Source: an uncultured Candidatus Saccharibacteria bacterium (GTDB lineage Bacteria > Patescibacteriota > Minisyncoccia > Ryanbacterales > GWA2-47-10b). Taken from it: a stretch of 64,000 nucleotides of DNA. Where the stretch lies: assembly GCA_964356915.1 (NCBI GenBank), contig CAYHJF010000002.1:19982-83981 (forward strand), written 5' to 3'. The notes beneath the pieces were generated by a model that was given only the letters and a program-made list of their open reading frames with translations, was not told where the DNA came from and did not search any database. This document shows, piece by piece, positions 37,562 to 46,257 of this stretch. Position 1 is the stretch's first letter. Every line of letters starts with the position of its first letter. Made by a program: the position numbers and the translations under genes.

Positions 37562-39454
37562 TTATTTCAATTGGTAGTAGAAGTACGTACTGTCAGGGAA
37601 TTTTATGTTAGGCACCCACAACGGACGGTCTTCCCATCCTTTGCTTGCTTCGCCCTTGAGTCGATACATTGTAATGACAAGGCGGTCAGGATGCTGCATG
37701 CCGAGAGCGCGGTCAGTCGGAGAAAGGAGCGTACCTGTTCCCCTGCTGATGCTACGGTCGGTGCGTACTACCAACAGACAATCGAATTTCGCATTGTTCT
37801 TGCGGAGAGTTTCTACGCAGTCAGGGAAAGAATGCTGGTTCCATAGATCGGTTTTCTCGACGCCGATCAAGCGCAATATTTTTTCCGCATCTTTCAGGGA
37901 TATGTCGCGTTCGCTGTCTTTCGATCCAAGTTCGGAATCGAGTTCTTTGAGGTTTGCGACAGTCGGCATCAATGGGAAATAGTTTACGCCTCCGGCGACG
38001 ACCATAAGGTCTTCCTTCAGCACAACGCTCATGCGTGTCGGTCTTGTTCCTGCAGGGCTGAGCAGGCTTACTCCCTGCGGTCCCTTGGTTCGGAGAGTTT
38101 CGAAGAGCGAGTTATTTGCGTCGTTCAATTCGCGGAAGAGCTTGATGAGTGGCTTCGGGCTGAATATCCTGCAGAGTCCCTGATCACGGTCATAGCCGAA
38201 TACGCGTGCATGCTGCCAGTACGTGTCTGCTTGTGGCGTCTTTGCGCTTCGGCAGTAGTAGACGACCTGCAGGCCCGGAAAAGTCACGCCTCGGCCGAGG
38301 GTGTTTCCGCCGATCACGATATTTAGTCCCTTGTCGTACACTGCGCCTTCCGGAGTCTTCGAGTTAAGCACCACGATGTTGACGCTCGGCATGCCGGAGC
38401 GAAGGAATTTCATCACTTCTTCGAAGCTCTTTATGTCTTCCTTTGTCTTTGAGAAATCCTCCCATGCATCGCGCAGGTCGAATTCAAGCGTCTGCGAGTT
38501 TGCAATAAGGTCGGTCTTCACGCCCTCGAGAAACTTCTCGACTTTAGTGCGGACTGTGGCGTGTTCGCTTATCTTTGCGCCTGGGTGTATGAGCATGCTG
38601 CATACTGGCTTCTCTTTCGTGAGAAAAAGGTCGGATGATGCAATAAGGAAATGGAGTACTGCTTTGCGGAGACCGATCGGCACATGCTCTGCTTTTAGAA
38701 GGTCGTCGCGCTCGTTGTCCGCAGTCTCGATAAGACATTTCGACTCTTCGCCATAGAAAAAATCTCCACCAAGATAGCCTTCGCCTGGAGGAAGATAAAA
38801 AGAAAATTCAGGCTTCCAGTTTGACTGCGACACTTGAAGCACAAGGGATTGAGGAGTTGCGGTGACGTGAAGATACATGCATGACGGAGCCTGCTCACTG
38901 ATCTTTTCCAAGAGCATGTTTATGGTGCTCTGGTCGTTTTGGTTTACTTTTGTGTTGAGACTCGATGCATCAGCTTCGTCGTCGAGCAGGAAGAGAGGTT
39001 CGTCTTTATAGATAGGATTGCTTGCGATGTTGTTCGCCCATGTCTTGAGGACACTCGAGTTCTTCTTGAGCACCAATATCGTAGGCATCGACAGGCCACG
39101 CGTAAGGAACGCTTCTTCGTCCATTTCGCCGAGCACATTAAACCCTGCCATAAATCCACCGAGGAATAATTTTGTGCGCTCAAGCGTCTGTTTGTGGAGG
39201 AGCACATTATCCGTGGTCACCATTATGAAAAACTTGAAGCCTTTATCGGCGGCTGTGGCTGCGATCGCAAGCATCTGTCCGGTCTTTCCGCTCTGTACAT
39301 GGCCGTAGAGCAGCCCGGAGATGTGGCTGTTGTAATCGAAGGCGTCGATATGCTTTTCAGCAAATTCATCCGCACTTTTTTTGAGCGCGTCGACAAGCCT
39401 CGGACCCTTGGCCTCGCCTACTCGTTTTAGATAATTGTCGAGATATTCGCTCAT
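37562..39454 (-). CDS. DEAD-Z1 ATPase/helicase-like motor subunit of restriction system (H.CglI / R2.NgoAVII-like)
   Basis: Walker A GHVQSGKTG and DEAD box LFLLDDEADASS. 630 aa, close to the ~630-aa H.CglI. Immediately downstream of the PLD nuclease and the C5-MTase. Confidence 0.7.
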   Translation of the reverse strand: MSEYLDNYLKRVGEAKGPRLVDALKKSADEFAEKHIDAFDYNSHISGLLYGHVQSGKTGQMLAIAATAADKGFKFFIMVTTDNVLLHKQTLERTKLFLGGFMAGFNVLGEMDEEAFLTRGLSMPTILVLKKNSSVLKTWANNIASNPIYKDEPLFLLDDEADASSLNTKVNQNDQSTINMLLEKISEQAPSCMYLHVTATPQSLVLQVSQSNWKPEFSFYLPPGEGYLGGDFFYGEESKCLIETADNERDDLLKAEHVPIGLRKAVLHFLIASSDLFLTKEKPVCSMLIHPGAKISEHATVRTKVEKFLEGVKTDLIANSQTLEFDLRDAWEDFSKTKEDIKSFEEVMKFLRSGMPSVNIVVLNSKTPEGAVYDKGLNIVIGGNTLGRGVTFPGLQVVYYCRSAKTPQADTYWQHARVFGYDRDQGLCRIFSPKPLIKLFRELNDANNSLFETLRTKGPQGVSLLSPAGTRPTRMSVVLKEDLMVVAGGVNYFPLMPTVANLKELDSELGSKDSERDISLKDAEKILRLIGVEKTDLWNQHSFPDCVETLRKNNAKFDCLLVVRTDRSISRGTGTLLSPTDRALGMQHPDRLVITMYRLKGEASKGWEDRPLWVPNIKFPDSTYFYYQLK

Positions 39455-39458
39455 ATGT

Positions 39459-40511
39459 TTATACAGAGAAGTCGAGAAGCCACACCTTCGGATCGCTCGT
39501 TTCTTTCAGCGATATGGTTTTGCGACCGTACTTCTGCAGCACTTCGTCCGTTACTGGCTGTCCGACCTTTAGGCAGTTCGCTCGTTCAAGCCTTCCCTTT
39601 ATCCATCGGCCGAGAGTCTTTAAGTCTCCGCCCGAGCGAAAGTTCTTGCCATAGTCTCCCTGAATTTTGCATTCAAATTTCCATCCGTCATCGGTTATAA
39701 CGCTGATCTGTGTATCGCGTGGCGGATAGCCGTCTGCTTCAGTTATTTCTCTCGGTACAATAAGTTCTACTTCGTACCAGTGGCGAGGGCGTATCGCTCC
39801 TGTTGCCGTCGCGAGGCGACCTTTGCCGAAGTATGCATTGAGATTGCTCTTCGCTTCTGTCTTTAGAGGAATGTCGAACACTCGCTCTACTCCTGTTGCT
39901 TCGATAGCCTCATATACATCTTGGTCTGCTTTTTCGACATCGACGCGGTCTTGAAGCAAGTCCGTCATTTCTACGAAATGCTCGGGCTTCGGCATGTCGA
40001 GAATGTCGCGCGACGCCTTTTTGACTAAGTCTTCGTGCAGCGAGTCCAGTTCTGTGAGGACGCTTCCTTCAGTAAAGAGCGCGTCTACCTCGTACTGCCT
40101 GCTGTCGAGAATATTGCCGAGGTTCGATGATCCGAGCATTGCGGAAACTGGTGCCGGTACGCCGTTCTTGCCGAAGACATAAGTCTTGCCGTGGTATTTG
40201 AATGCAGTGCATACGCGCACGCTACCGAGACCGTTTTCACGCAAAAAAGTCGCAAGCTCGATGGCTGCGTCGTATTGAGCGCGAGTGAACCCTTCCCTCC
40301 CGTGCATGCCTATCACTAGGCTGCATGTTTTGGTCTGCTTCTCTTCGAAGTAAAAAAGTAGTATCGACTTGAGTTCAAGGAGAGAATCCTCCGTGATATA
40401 CCCGGTCGCTATCTTTATGATGTCGGAGCCAACGACTCCATTTTCAAATGCTTCGCTGAAGGAAGAGCTATCGTACTCGCAGGGTTTGGTGTTCGAATAA
40501 AGAAGTTGCAT
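39459..40511 (-). CDS. PLD-family restriction endonuclease subunit with B3-like C-terminal domain (R.CglI / R1.NgoAVII-like)
   Basis: HKD-type motif YHGKTYVFGKNG...LGSSNLG, with HxK and GSxN elements. 350 aa. Encoded between the C5-MTase and the DEAD-Z1 gene. Confidence 0.65.
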   Translation of the reverse strand: MQLLYSNTKPCEYDSSSFSEAFENGVVGSDIIKIATGYITEDSLLELKSILLFYFEEKQTKTCSLVIGMHGREGFTRAQYDAAIELATFLRENGLGSVRVCTAFKYHGKTYVFGKNGVPAPVSAMLGSSNLGNILDSRQYEVDALFTEGSVLTELDSLHEDLVKKASRDILDMPKPEHFVEMTDLLQDRVDVEKADQDVYEAIEATGVERVFDIPLKTEAKSNLNAYFGKGRLATATGAIRPRHWYEVELIVPREITEADGYPPRDTQISVITDDGWKFECKIQGDYGKNFRSGGDLKTLGRWIKGRLERANCLKVGQPVTDEVLQKYGRKTISLKETSDPKVWLLDFSV

Positions 40512-40529
40512 GCGAGTTTATCGTACAAA

Positions 40530-41585
40530 TCATAGTTCGTCTAAAAATCTCTTAATCGCCTCTGCGATCGGCTTGATGCCTGCAGGGGGAACCGAGTTCC
40601 CTATCTGCCTGCGTACCTCGGCGATTGAGCCGACAAACTGGAAGTCGTCGGGGTAGCCAAAGAGCCGTGCGCGTTCTCGATTTGTGAGAGGGCGATTTTC
40701 TTCATAATGGTAGCCCCAAGTGCCACCACCACCGCCTGCTATAATTGTAGTTGAAGGCTTGTCAGGATGCAATCGTCGATAGACGTGTGAAATCATACCC
40801 TTGACATAGTGCGGTGAGTTCTTTGGAATGTCCGTAAAGTTTCCGCCTGGAGGAATTATTCTCAATTTTGCGACCGTGCTCGGCGCGATGTTCTGGTGCT
40901 CGTTGTTGAATGGCACTTTCTTCACACCTTTGAGTGCTTCTTTTGCTGTGACGTATGTCTTTGGATTATAGGTAGGTTCTGGCAGTTTGAATTCTTTGTT
41001 GAGATCGTTGCGGACTCCGACGATAAGCACACGCTGACGAAGTTGAGGTGCTCCGTAGTCTGCAAAGTTTATTGGGTATACATCCACTTTGTATCCGGCC
41101 TTTCCGAAGTCGTCCACGATTTGCGTCACTGCCTTACCTTTGTTTGCGCTTAGCAAGCCTCGCACGTTTTCTGCGACGAACATCTTCGGCTTCTTCGCCA
41201 AGACGACGCGGACGAAGTGTCGATATAAATTTCCGCGCTCGGTCTTGAGACCCATGCGCTTCCATATCATTGAAAAATCTTGGCACGGGAATCCGCCCGT
41301 GATGATATCGACTTCTGGGATTGTTTTGTCATCGATCTCGACGATGCTTCCCTCCGCGACAATGCCTTTGAAGTTTTTTCTAAAAGTTTCGCATGCCCAA
41401 TGATTTACATCGTTCGCCCACACCACATCGAAGCCTGCATGTTCGAACCCGAGATCCATTCCGCCGGACCCTGAAAATAGTGACGCTGCGCGATATGGCC
41501 GCCCCCCCACCTTAGATTTGATTGCGATGGAAATCTGTGGCTTAACAGAAGGATTATTTGGCTTTTGAAGTGCTGTTGTACTCAT
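40530..41585 (-). CDS. DNA (cytosine-5)-methyltransferase
   Basis: Motif I FSGSGGMDLGF, motif IV GGFPCQDFS, motif VI ENVRGL, motif X region GNSVPP. Confidence 0.9.
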   Translation of the reverse strand: MSTTALQKPNNPSVKPQISIAIKSKVGGRPYRAASLFSGSGGMDLGFEHAGFDVVWANDVNHWACETFRKNFKGIVAEGSIVEIDDKTIPEVDIITGGFPCQDFSMIWKRMGLKTERGNLYRHFVRVVLAKKPKMFVAENVRGLLSANKGKAVTQIVDDFGKAGYKVDVYPINFADYGAPQLRQRVLIVGVRNDLNKEFKLPEPTYNPKTYVTAKEALKGVKKVPFNNEHQNIAPSTVAKLRIIPPGGNFTDIPKNSPHYVKGMISHVYRRLHPDKPSTTIIAGGGGGTWGYHYEENRPLTNRERARLFGYPDDFQFVGSIAEVRRQIGNSVPPAGIKPIAEAIKRFLDEL

Positions 41586-41645
41586 GTTCTAGATTATACC
41601 CTAAGTGCATGAAAAATGCCGCAACTTTTTGCATGAAAAAAACAC
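41586..41645 (-). promoter_or_regulatory. Candidate leaderless promoter plus direct-repeat operator of the RM operon
   Basis: Minus-strand reading gives gggTATAATctagaacATG, a consensus -10 ending 7 nt before the MTase start codon. Two direct tgcatgaaaaa repeats, 22 bp apart, overlap the -35 region. Confidence 0.35.
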
Positions 41646-41763
41646 ACAAATTCCCAAACGCGGCTTAACTGGGGCCGCAAAATGGGAATAAGTTATCCAC
41701 AGTTGTACAATTTTACTACCGCTTTTTTGCTCAAAAGGTTTGTATTAAAATCGTCGCAAGCGA

Positions 41764-42168
41764 TTATTCTGTGGAAGAAATTTGTGTACCCTTTTGCTTA
41801 GCACGACTTATTAAGTATCCTCCAACGAATGCGACAACACCGAGTACGTCGCCGATTGCGAATGGTCCGAAGGCCGGTGCTACCGAAGGATCAAAAAACG
41901 ATCCACTGAGAAATGTGAATCGTGCGATGACGCTGGCAATTACGACAAGTCCCAAACAGACAAGTCCTGCCTGAAATGGTCTTAAACTCATGGTATTAAT
42001 AATATCACTTTCGGGCGGCCGCATAAATCCCGCCGCCAGGAGCTCGTGCCTTTCGGCCCGAATGCACACCTTTCGATATGCAACCATCCAAGGAACCCTG
42101 ACGACGGGGTTTATACCTTGGATGGATTTACTGCCATGCTCATCAGCAAGCTGAGTGAGTTTAGGCAA
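41764..42168 (-). CDS. Membrane protein, hypothetical
   Basis: C-terminal half has two TM helices (LVCLGLVVIASVIARF, FAIGDVLGVVAFVGGYLI). Start uncertain. Confidence 0.35.
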   Translation of the reverse strand: MPKLTQLADEHGSKSIQGINPVVRVPWMVAYRKVCIRAERHELLAAGFMRPPESDIINTMSLRPFQAGLVCLGLVVIASVIARFTFLSGSFFDPSVAPAFGPFAIGDVLGVVAFVGGYLISRAKQKGTQISSTE

Positions 42169-42215
42169 GATTGTAAGGATATTTTACTATATTTAAAATA
42201 ATTCGGATAGTTTAG

Positions 42216-42265
<50 letters not shown>

Positions 42266-42328
42266 CGACCGCCTGCGGCGGAATTCAAGGGATCAAAAGA
42301 CCCAAGAATTCAAGACCTCAAGGATCGA

Positions 42329-43216
42329 TTACTGCGGGAGGAAGGCCGACGCGGAACCGCAGCTGCCGCTGGCAGAGTCGAACCAGTAGGCGCCGAACCC
42401 CACCCGGTCGCCGCCGAAGTCGAAGAGCGGCGCGAGCGAGAAGTCGCCATCGGCCTCCGGAGCGTACTCGTCACCGGCGCAGTCGACGTAGAGATCGTCG
42501 TAGTTCATCAGCCGCTCGGGATGCGTGAGCAACATGATGCCGACGGCGAACGCGCCGAGACCGAACTCGTTGACCTGCATGACCTCGCGTGCCCGGCGAA
42601 CCGAGCGACCGCGATGCCGCAGACCGAACTGAGCCGCCACGACGAGGATGTCGTGATCCTTCTGCTCGTCGCCGAGCGTCTGGAACACCTTCTCCGTCTT
42701 GGCCGTCTGCTTCAAGTAGTCCGGACCGAGGTTGCCCTCGCGCCAGTTCTTGAACTTGCCCTTGCGCGTCTCGCTGATCTTCGCGAGCACCTTCTCCACG
42801 GCTTCGCCGTAGGTCGGGGCGATCGTCTGCCACTTCGGGATGGCGAACCATCCTTCGGCGTTGGCAGGGACCGGCCGTTCCGCGAGCTTCTCGTCGGCGA
42901 AACCGACGCCCGGGAACAGTTGCCGCAGGATGTTGGTCTGCTCCGTGATGCCCTTCGGCTTGTAGCCGGAGAGATACCCGTAGCTGGACTCCATCTCCTC
43001 GTCCTTGAACTTGTCGGAGACCGACAGATCCTTCAGCGAGGTGATGGCGGCCACGCGGATGGCCTCGGCGAAATCGTCGCCGTGTTCGATGACGCGTTGT
43101 GCGCCGGGGTTGTCGAGGCCGAGCTCAGCGAGAACCTTCTCGATGGCGTCGGAGCCGAACCGGTTGATCTGCTTGACCTGACCGGACGTTGCTGCTGTCT
43201 GAGTAATCGCGTTCAT
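42329..43216 (-). CDS. DGR target (variable) protein, VR in the C-terminal 44 codons
   Basis: 295-aa ORF at ~65% GC, against ~45-48% for the surroundings. The last 132 nt are an A-mutagenized copy of the template repeat (TR). Confidence 0.85.
   Translation of the reverse strand: MNAITQTAATSGQVKQINRFGSDAIEKVLAELGLDNPGAQRVIEHGDDFAEAIRVAAITSLKDLSVSDKFKDEEMESSYGYLSGYKPKGITEQTNILRQLFPGVGFADEKLAERPVPANAEGWFAIPKWQTIAPTYGEAVEKVLAKISETRKGKFKNWREGNLGPDYLKQTAKTEKVFQTLGDEQKDHDILVVAAQFGLRHRGRSVRRAREVMQVNEFGLGAFAVGIMLLTHPERLMNYDDLYVDCAGDEYAPEADGDFSLAPLFDFGGDRVGFGAYWFDSASGSCGSASAFLPQ
42332..42462 (-). repeat. DGR variable repeat (VR)
   Basis: Reverse complement matches TR 43673-43804 at 114 of 132 nt. All 18 mismatches sit where TR has adenine. 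The 26-nt 3' block cggttccgcgtcggccttcctcccg is identical in both copies (IMH-like). Confidence 0.85.
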
Positions 43217-43399
43217 TGCGTTATCTCCTTTTGGATTTCCTGAAACGCTCAGGTGACGGCCTTCCTCTTAGTGAGGCGAGCGCGATAGGCACAAGCAATT
43301 ATGCCGATTGCGCTCACCTCAGTTATTCAAAGAACACTCTTCTATAGTATAACAAAGTCATACGGGCTTGTCAAGTAGTGGGTTTTGTGCCCTATTCCC

Positions 43400-43408
43400 T
43401 GCTATAAT
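43400..43408 (+). promoter_or_regulatory. Extended -10 promoter (TGcTATAAT) oriented toward TR
   Basis: ctgcTATAATtattcg on the plus strand, ~270 nt upstream of TR. No good -35. Confidence 0.3.
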
Positions 43409-43672
43409 TATTCGTGAGTATAGGCTAATGCATGGCCGTCCAAGGATTGCCGTCGCCGAACTCTATCGTTTCAACGATAGCAACCAGAGTCGCGGAGATT
43501 ACGGTTTTCGCGAGCGTGTTGTGTTGAGGGGATACTGCTTGTCTCTGCCTAAGATGGGTTTCGCTCGCTATGCGGATACCGTCGAATTAAATTCAGGAGT
43601 GGGAGCGTATAGTCCTGTTTCCAACAGGAAGTAAGGCTCGAAGTCCGGTGACATGGGTGGGTGGAGACAATT

Positions 43673-43804
43673 CTCCGGAGGCCGATGGCGACTTCTCGAA
43701 CGCGCCGATCTTCAACTTCGACGACGACCGGGTGAAGTTCAACGCCAACTGGTTCGACAATGCCAACGACAACTACGGTTCCGCGTCGGCCTTCCTCCCG
43801 AAGT
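43673..43804 (+). repeat. DGR template repeat (TR)
   Basis: Contains 26 adenines. 17 internal adenines plus 1 boundary adenine are substituted in VR, and no non-A position differs. Seven AAC/AAT codons are in frame with VR. Confidence 0.85.
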
Positions 43805-43816
43805 CTCCCTAGACGC

Positions 43817-43850
43817 AGAAAAGGCATCCTTCTTTCGGATGCCTTTTCTC
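43817..43850. terminator. Bidirectional terminator between TR and avd
   Basis: Stem aaaaggcatcc / ggatgcctttt, loop ttctttc. Sits immediately after the avd stop on the minus strand and after TR on the plus strand. Confidence 0.5.
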
Positions 43851-44207
43851 TTACCCGGTCTTCGTTGAGCGAATCCAACCTCCGAGCATGCGTCCGATTT
43901 CGTCGATGACACCTTCGAGCGCAACATACTTCTTCGCATCGATTGCCTTCACGTCTTTCATCAGACGAACGAACACACGAAGCATGTTGAGCTTTAGGCT
44001 GCATCTCTCAAGCGTGGGAACTTTTACGGATTTCTGTTCGCTGCTTGCCTGCAGAATCGCCTCGAGCACGTCGAGTATCAGCTGCTCACACCTTTCGAAG
44101 ATTGTGAACCTGTCCTGCTTGGGAACGAGTTTCCGATATTCGTGGAAGAGTTTGTAGAGATCGTATGCCTTTTTGAAGATCGGGATATCGAAGTCATTCA
44201 TAACCAT
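43851..44207 (-). CDS. avd: Avd-like accessory variability determinant (four-helix-bundle protein)
   Basis: ~119 aa from the internal Met. Basic, helical. KKAYDLYKLFHEYRKLVPKQDRFTIFERCEQLILDVLEAILQA is typical of the Avd / 23S-IVS four-helix-bundle family. Confidence 0.7.
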   Translation of the reverse strand: MVMNDFDIPIFKKAYDLYKLFHEYRKLVPKQDRFTIFERCEQLILDVLEAILQASSEQKSVKVPTLERCSLKLNMLRVFVRLMKDVKAIDAKKYVALEGVIDEIGRMLGGWIRSTKTG

Positions 44208-45255
44208 GAAGATATATAAGGATTTGTTTAATCGGATAGTCTCACTTGGAAACCTAGTCACAGCCTGGGAGGAATTTCGCAGCGACAAAGGCAAGAAGGC
44301 TGATGTGCTGGAATTCGAGTATTCGCTAGAGCCGAATCTCTTTGCGCTCCGGCGTGAGCTGGGCTCCAAACGCTACTCTCACGGTTCGTATGAGGGTTTT
44401 TATATCCGCGATCCGAAGGTCAGGCATATTCACAAGGCAGCGGTTCGCGACCGTGTCCTGCACCATGCAGTGTTTAGAATTCTGAACCCGATCTTCGAGG
44501 AAACATTCATCGCTAATTCGTTTTCTTGCCGAGTCAATAAAGGTACACACAAGGGAGTGCTTGCCGCCGAGAATATGATTCGAGCGGAGAGCAGGAACTA
44601 CACTATTCCCTGCTTCGCCCTCAAGTGCGATGTGCGTAAGTTCTTCGATTCGATTGATCACGAAATCTTGCTAGCGATTCTCAAGCGACGGATCGCCGAC
44701 CCCGATACGATGTGGTTGTTGCAAGAGATTGTCAGGAGCTTTGAAGTCGGAGGCACGAGCCTTTTTAATCGGCACGGTCTGCCTATCGGCAATCTCACTT
44801 CCCAACTCTTCGCCAACGTCTACATGAACGAATTCGACCAGTTCGTTAAGCACGAGATGAAGGTTAAGAATTACGCACGTTATACCGACGACTTTATAGT
44901 TGTGTCGGCCGACAAGAAGTATTTAGAGGGGTTGCTCGATCCGTTTCAGGAATTCCTCGGGGAACGTCTGAAGCTCTCGCTTCATCCGAAGAAAATCTCT
45001 ATTGGCAATGTGGCGAGGGGAGTCGACTTTCTAGGGTATGTCGCTCTTCCCCACTACAAGGTGCTTCGGACCAAGACAAAACACCGAATATTCCGCAAGC
45101 TCAGGGAACGAGTCATGCAGTACCGGCGTGGTGATATAAGCGAGCACTCTCTCTCACAATCCCTCCATTCCTACTTGGGTGCGCTTTCTCATGCTGACGC
45201 CCACCAACTGACTGAAGATCTAAAGAACCGCTACTGGTTTTGGCTTCACGAGTAA
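44173..45255 (+). CDS. DGR reverse transcriptase
   Basis: GFYIRDPKVRHIHKAAVRDRVLHHAVF...SFSCRVNKGTHKGV. DGR-specific motif 4 GLPIGNLTSQLFANVYMNEF (IGxxxSQ). Catalytic YARYTDDFIVV (YxDD). The start may be the second Met at 44206. Confidence 0.95.
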   Translation: MKIGISKSFITMKIYKDLFNRIVSLGNLVTAWEEFRSDKGKKADVLEFEYSLEPNLFALRRELGSKRYSHGSYEGFYIRDPKVRHIHKAAVRDRVLHHAVFRILNPIFEETFIANSFSCRVNKGTHKGVLAAENMIRAESRNYTIPCFALKCDVRKFFDSIDHEILLAILKRRIADPDTMWLLQEIVRSFEVGGTSLFNRHGLPIGNLTSQLFANVYMNEFDQFVKHEMKVKNYARYTDDFIVVSADKKYLEGLLDPFQEFLGERLKLSLHPKKISIGNVARGVDFLGYVALPHYKVLRTKTKHRIFRKLRERVMQYRRGDISEHSLSQSLHSYLGALSHADAHQLTEDLKNRYWFWLHE

Positions 45256-45406
45256 ACGCAAAAATCCTCGCAGTACCATCTTTCGGCGCATACGCGCGGA
45301 AGAATCCTGTGCGAGGATGGCTTGGATGGTTTTGCGACCGTGCCCGTAGCCGGGGTTAGGTCTTATTCAGTTGTCTAAGTATCTTAGCAAATAAAACAAT
45401 ATTTGA

Positions 45407-45934
45407 TTACTTGTGATCTTTGTCATGGCCGTCGTTACTTAGTCTTTCTATTTCTTCCTGAAGCATTTTTACAATGCACTTGCTCTTATACGTCAAAAAC
45501 TCGATGTGTTTCTCATCAAATGTCGACAGTAGCCGGTAATATTTGTCTGACAGCGGTTTGTAATAAAGCAACACGAGTGCGATTTTTTTAGGCACTGATT
45601 TCACAATGACTTTTCGTTTGTCTTTAGTGTCGCGCACATAAGTCACGCAGCCTTTTTTCTCAAGACGAGTGATCAGCCCCGTGATTGCGCCGGTAGTAAG
45701 ACCGGTAATCTTTGCCAGTTCGCCCGGGGTCGTTTGACCTTTTTCTGCGAGATAGCCAAGGCAGGACATTTCGGTTTGGGTCATCCCCGCTCGTTTCGCT
45801 ACCAGCTCCTTAAATACTCCATCCATTCGGTACTGCTGTCCTCGGACGCGTTTGTATTCTTCATAGAGCCTATCCAGTCGCTTGTTTTTCCTGACTTTCC
45901 CGAGTTTGAATTTTTTCTTGGATTCGGCCTTCAT
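45407..45934 (-). CDS. MarR-family transcriptional regulator
   Basis: Winged-helix core LGYLAEKGQTTPGELAKITGLTTGAITGLITRLEKKGCVTYVRDTKDKRKV. Confidence 0.7.
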   Translation of the reverse strand: MKAESKKKFKLGKVRKNKRLDRLYEEYKRVRGQQYRMDGVFKELVAKRAGMTQTEMSCLGYLAEKGQTTPGELAKITGLTTGAITGLITRLEKKGCVTYVRDTKDKRKVIVKSVPKKIALVLLYYKPLSDKYYRLLSTFDEKHIEFLTYKSKCIVKMLQEEIERLSNDGHDKDHK

Positions 45935-46257
45935 TTCTTGATTTTATCTTATTTTGCGGTGCTTTTCCAGCTTGAGAAAATCTTTACTTTTTCTTTATGT
46001 TTTCTTTAACTTTGGAATGAGTGGACAACTCGATTTGTAATGATTCCCCCACCGAAGCTAACATCTCAACGGTCGCGCCGACGTGCCAATGGATTCGCCT
46101 GATGCATGGCGAAGTGCTTGGCGTTCGATTGATCAAGCGAGGGGCCGTCCGGAAGGGCGGTTTTTCGTTTGCCATAAATAACAAAAGCCCCTGGTTGGTC
46201 GGGGGCTTTTGTGCTCTAAGTTACCTCTATCTCAATCGCCTGGTTATTAATCTTTCT

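Noticed and set aside
43368-43634. 88-aa ORF in the spacer upstream of TR.
   Set aside because: It has no RBS or motifs, and the region better fits a promoter/leader for TR or the target gene. It is left unannotated.
43653-43868. 71-aa plus-strand ORF overlapping the TR.
   Set aside because: It lies in the wrong frame relative to the VR-homologous reading. The TR acts as an RNA template, and no start codon exists in the homologous frame.
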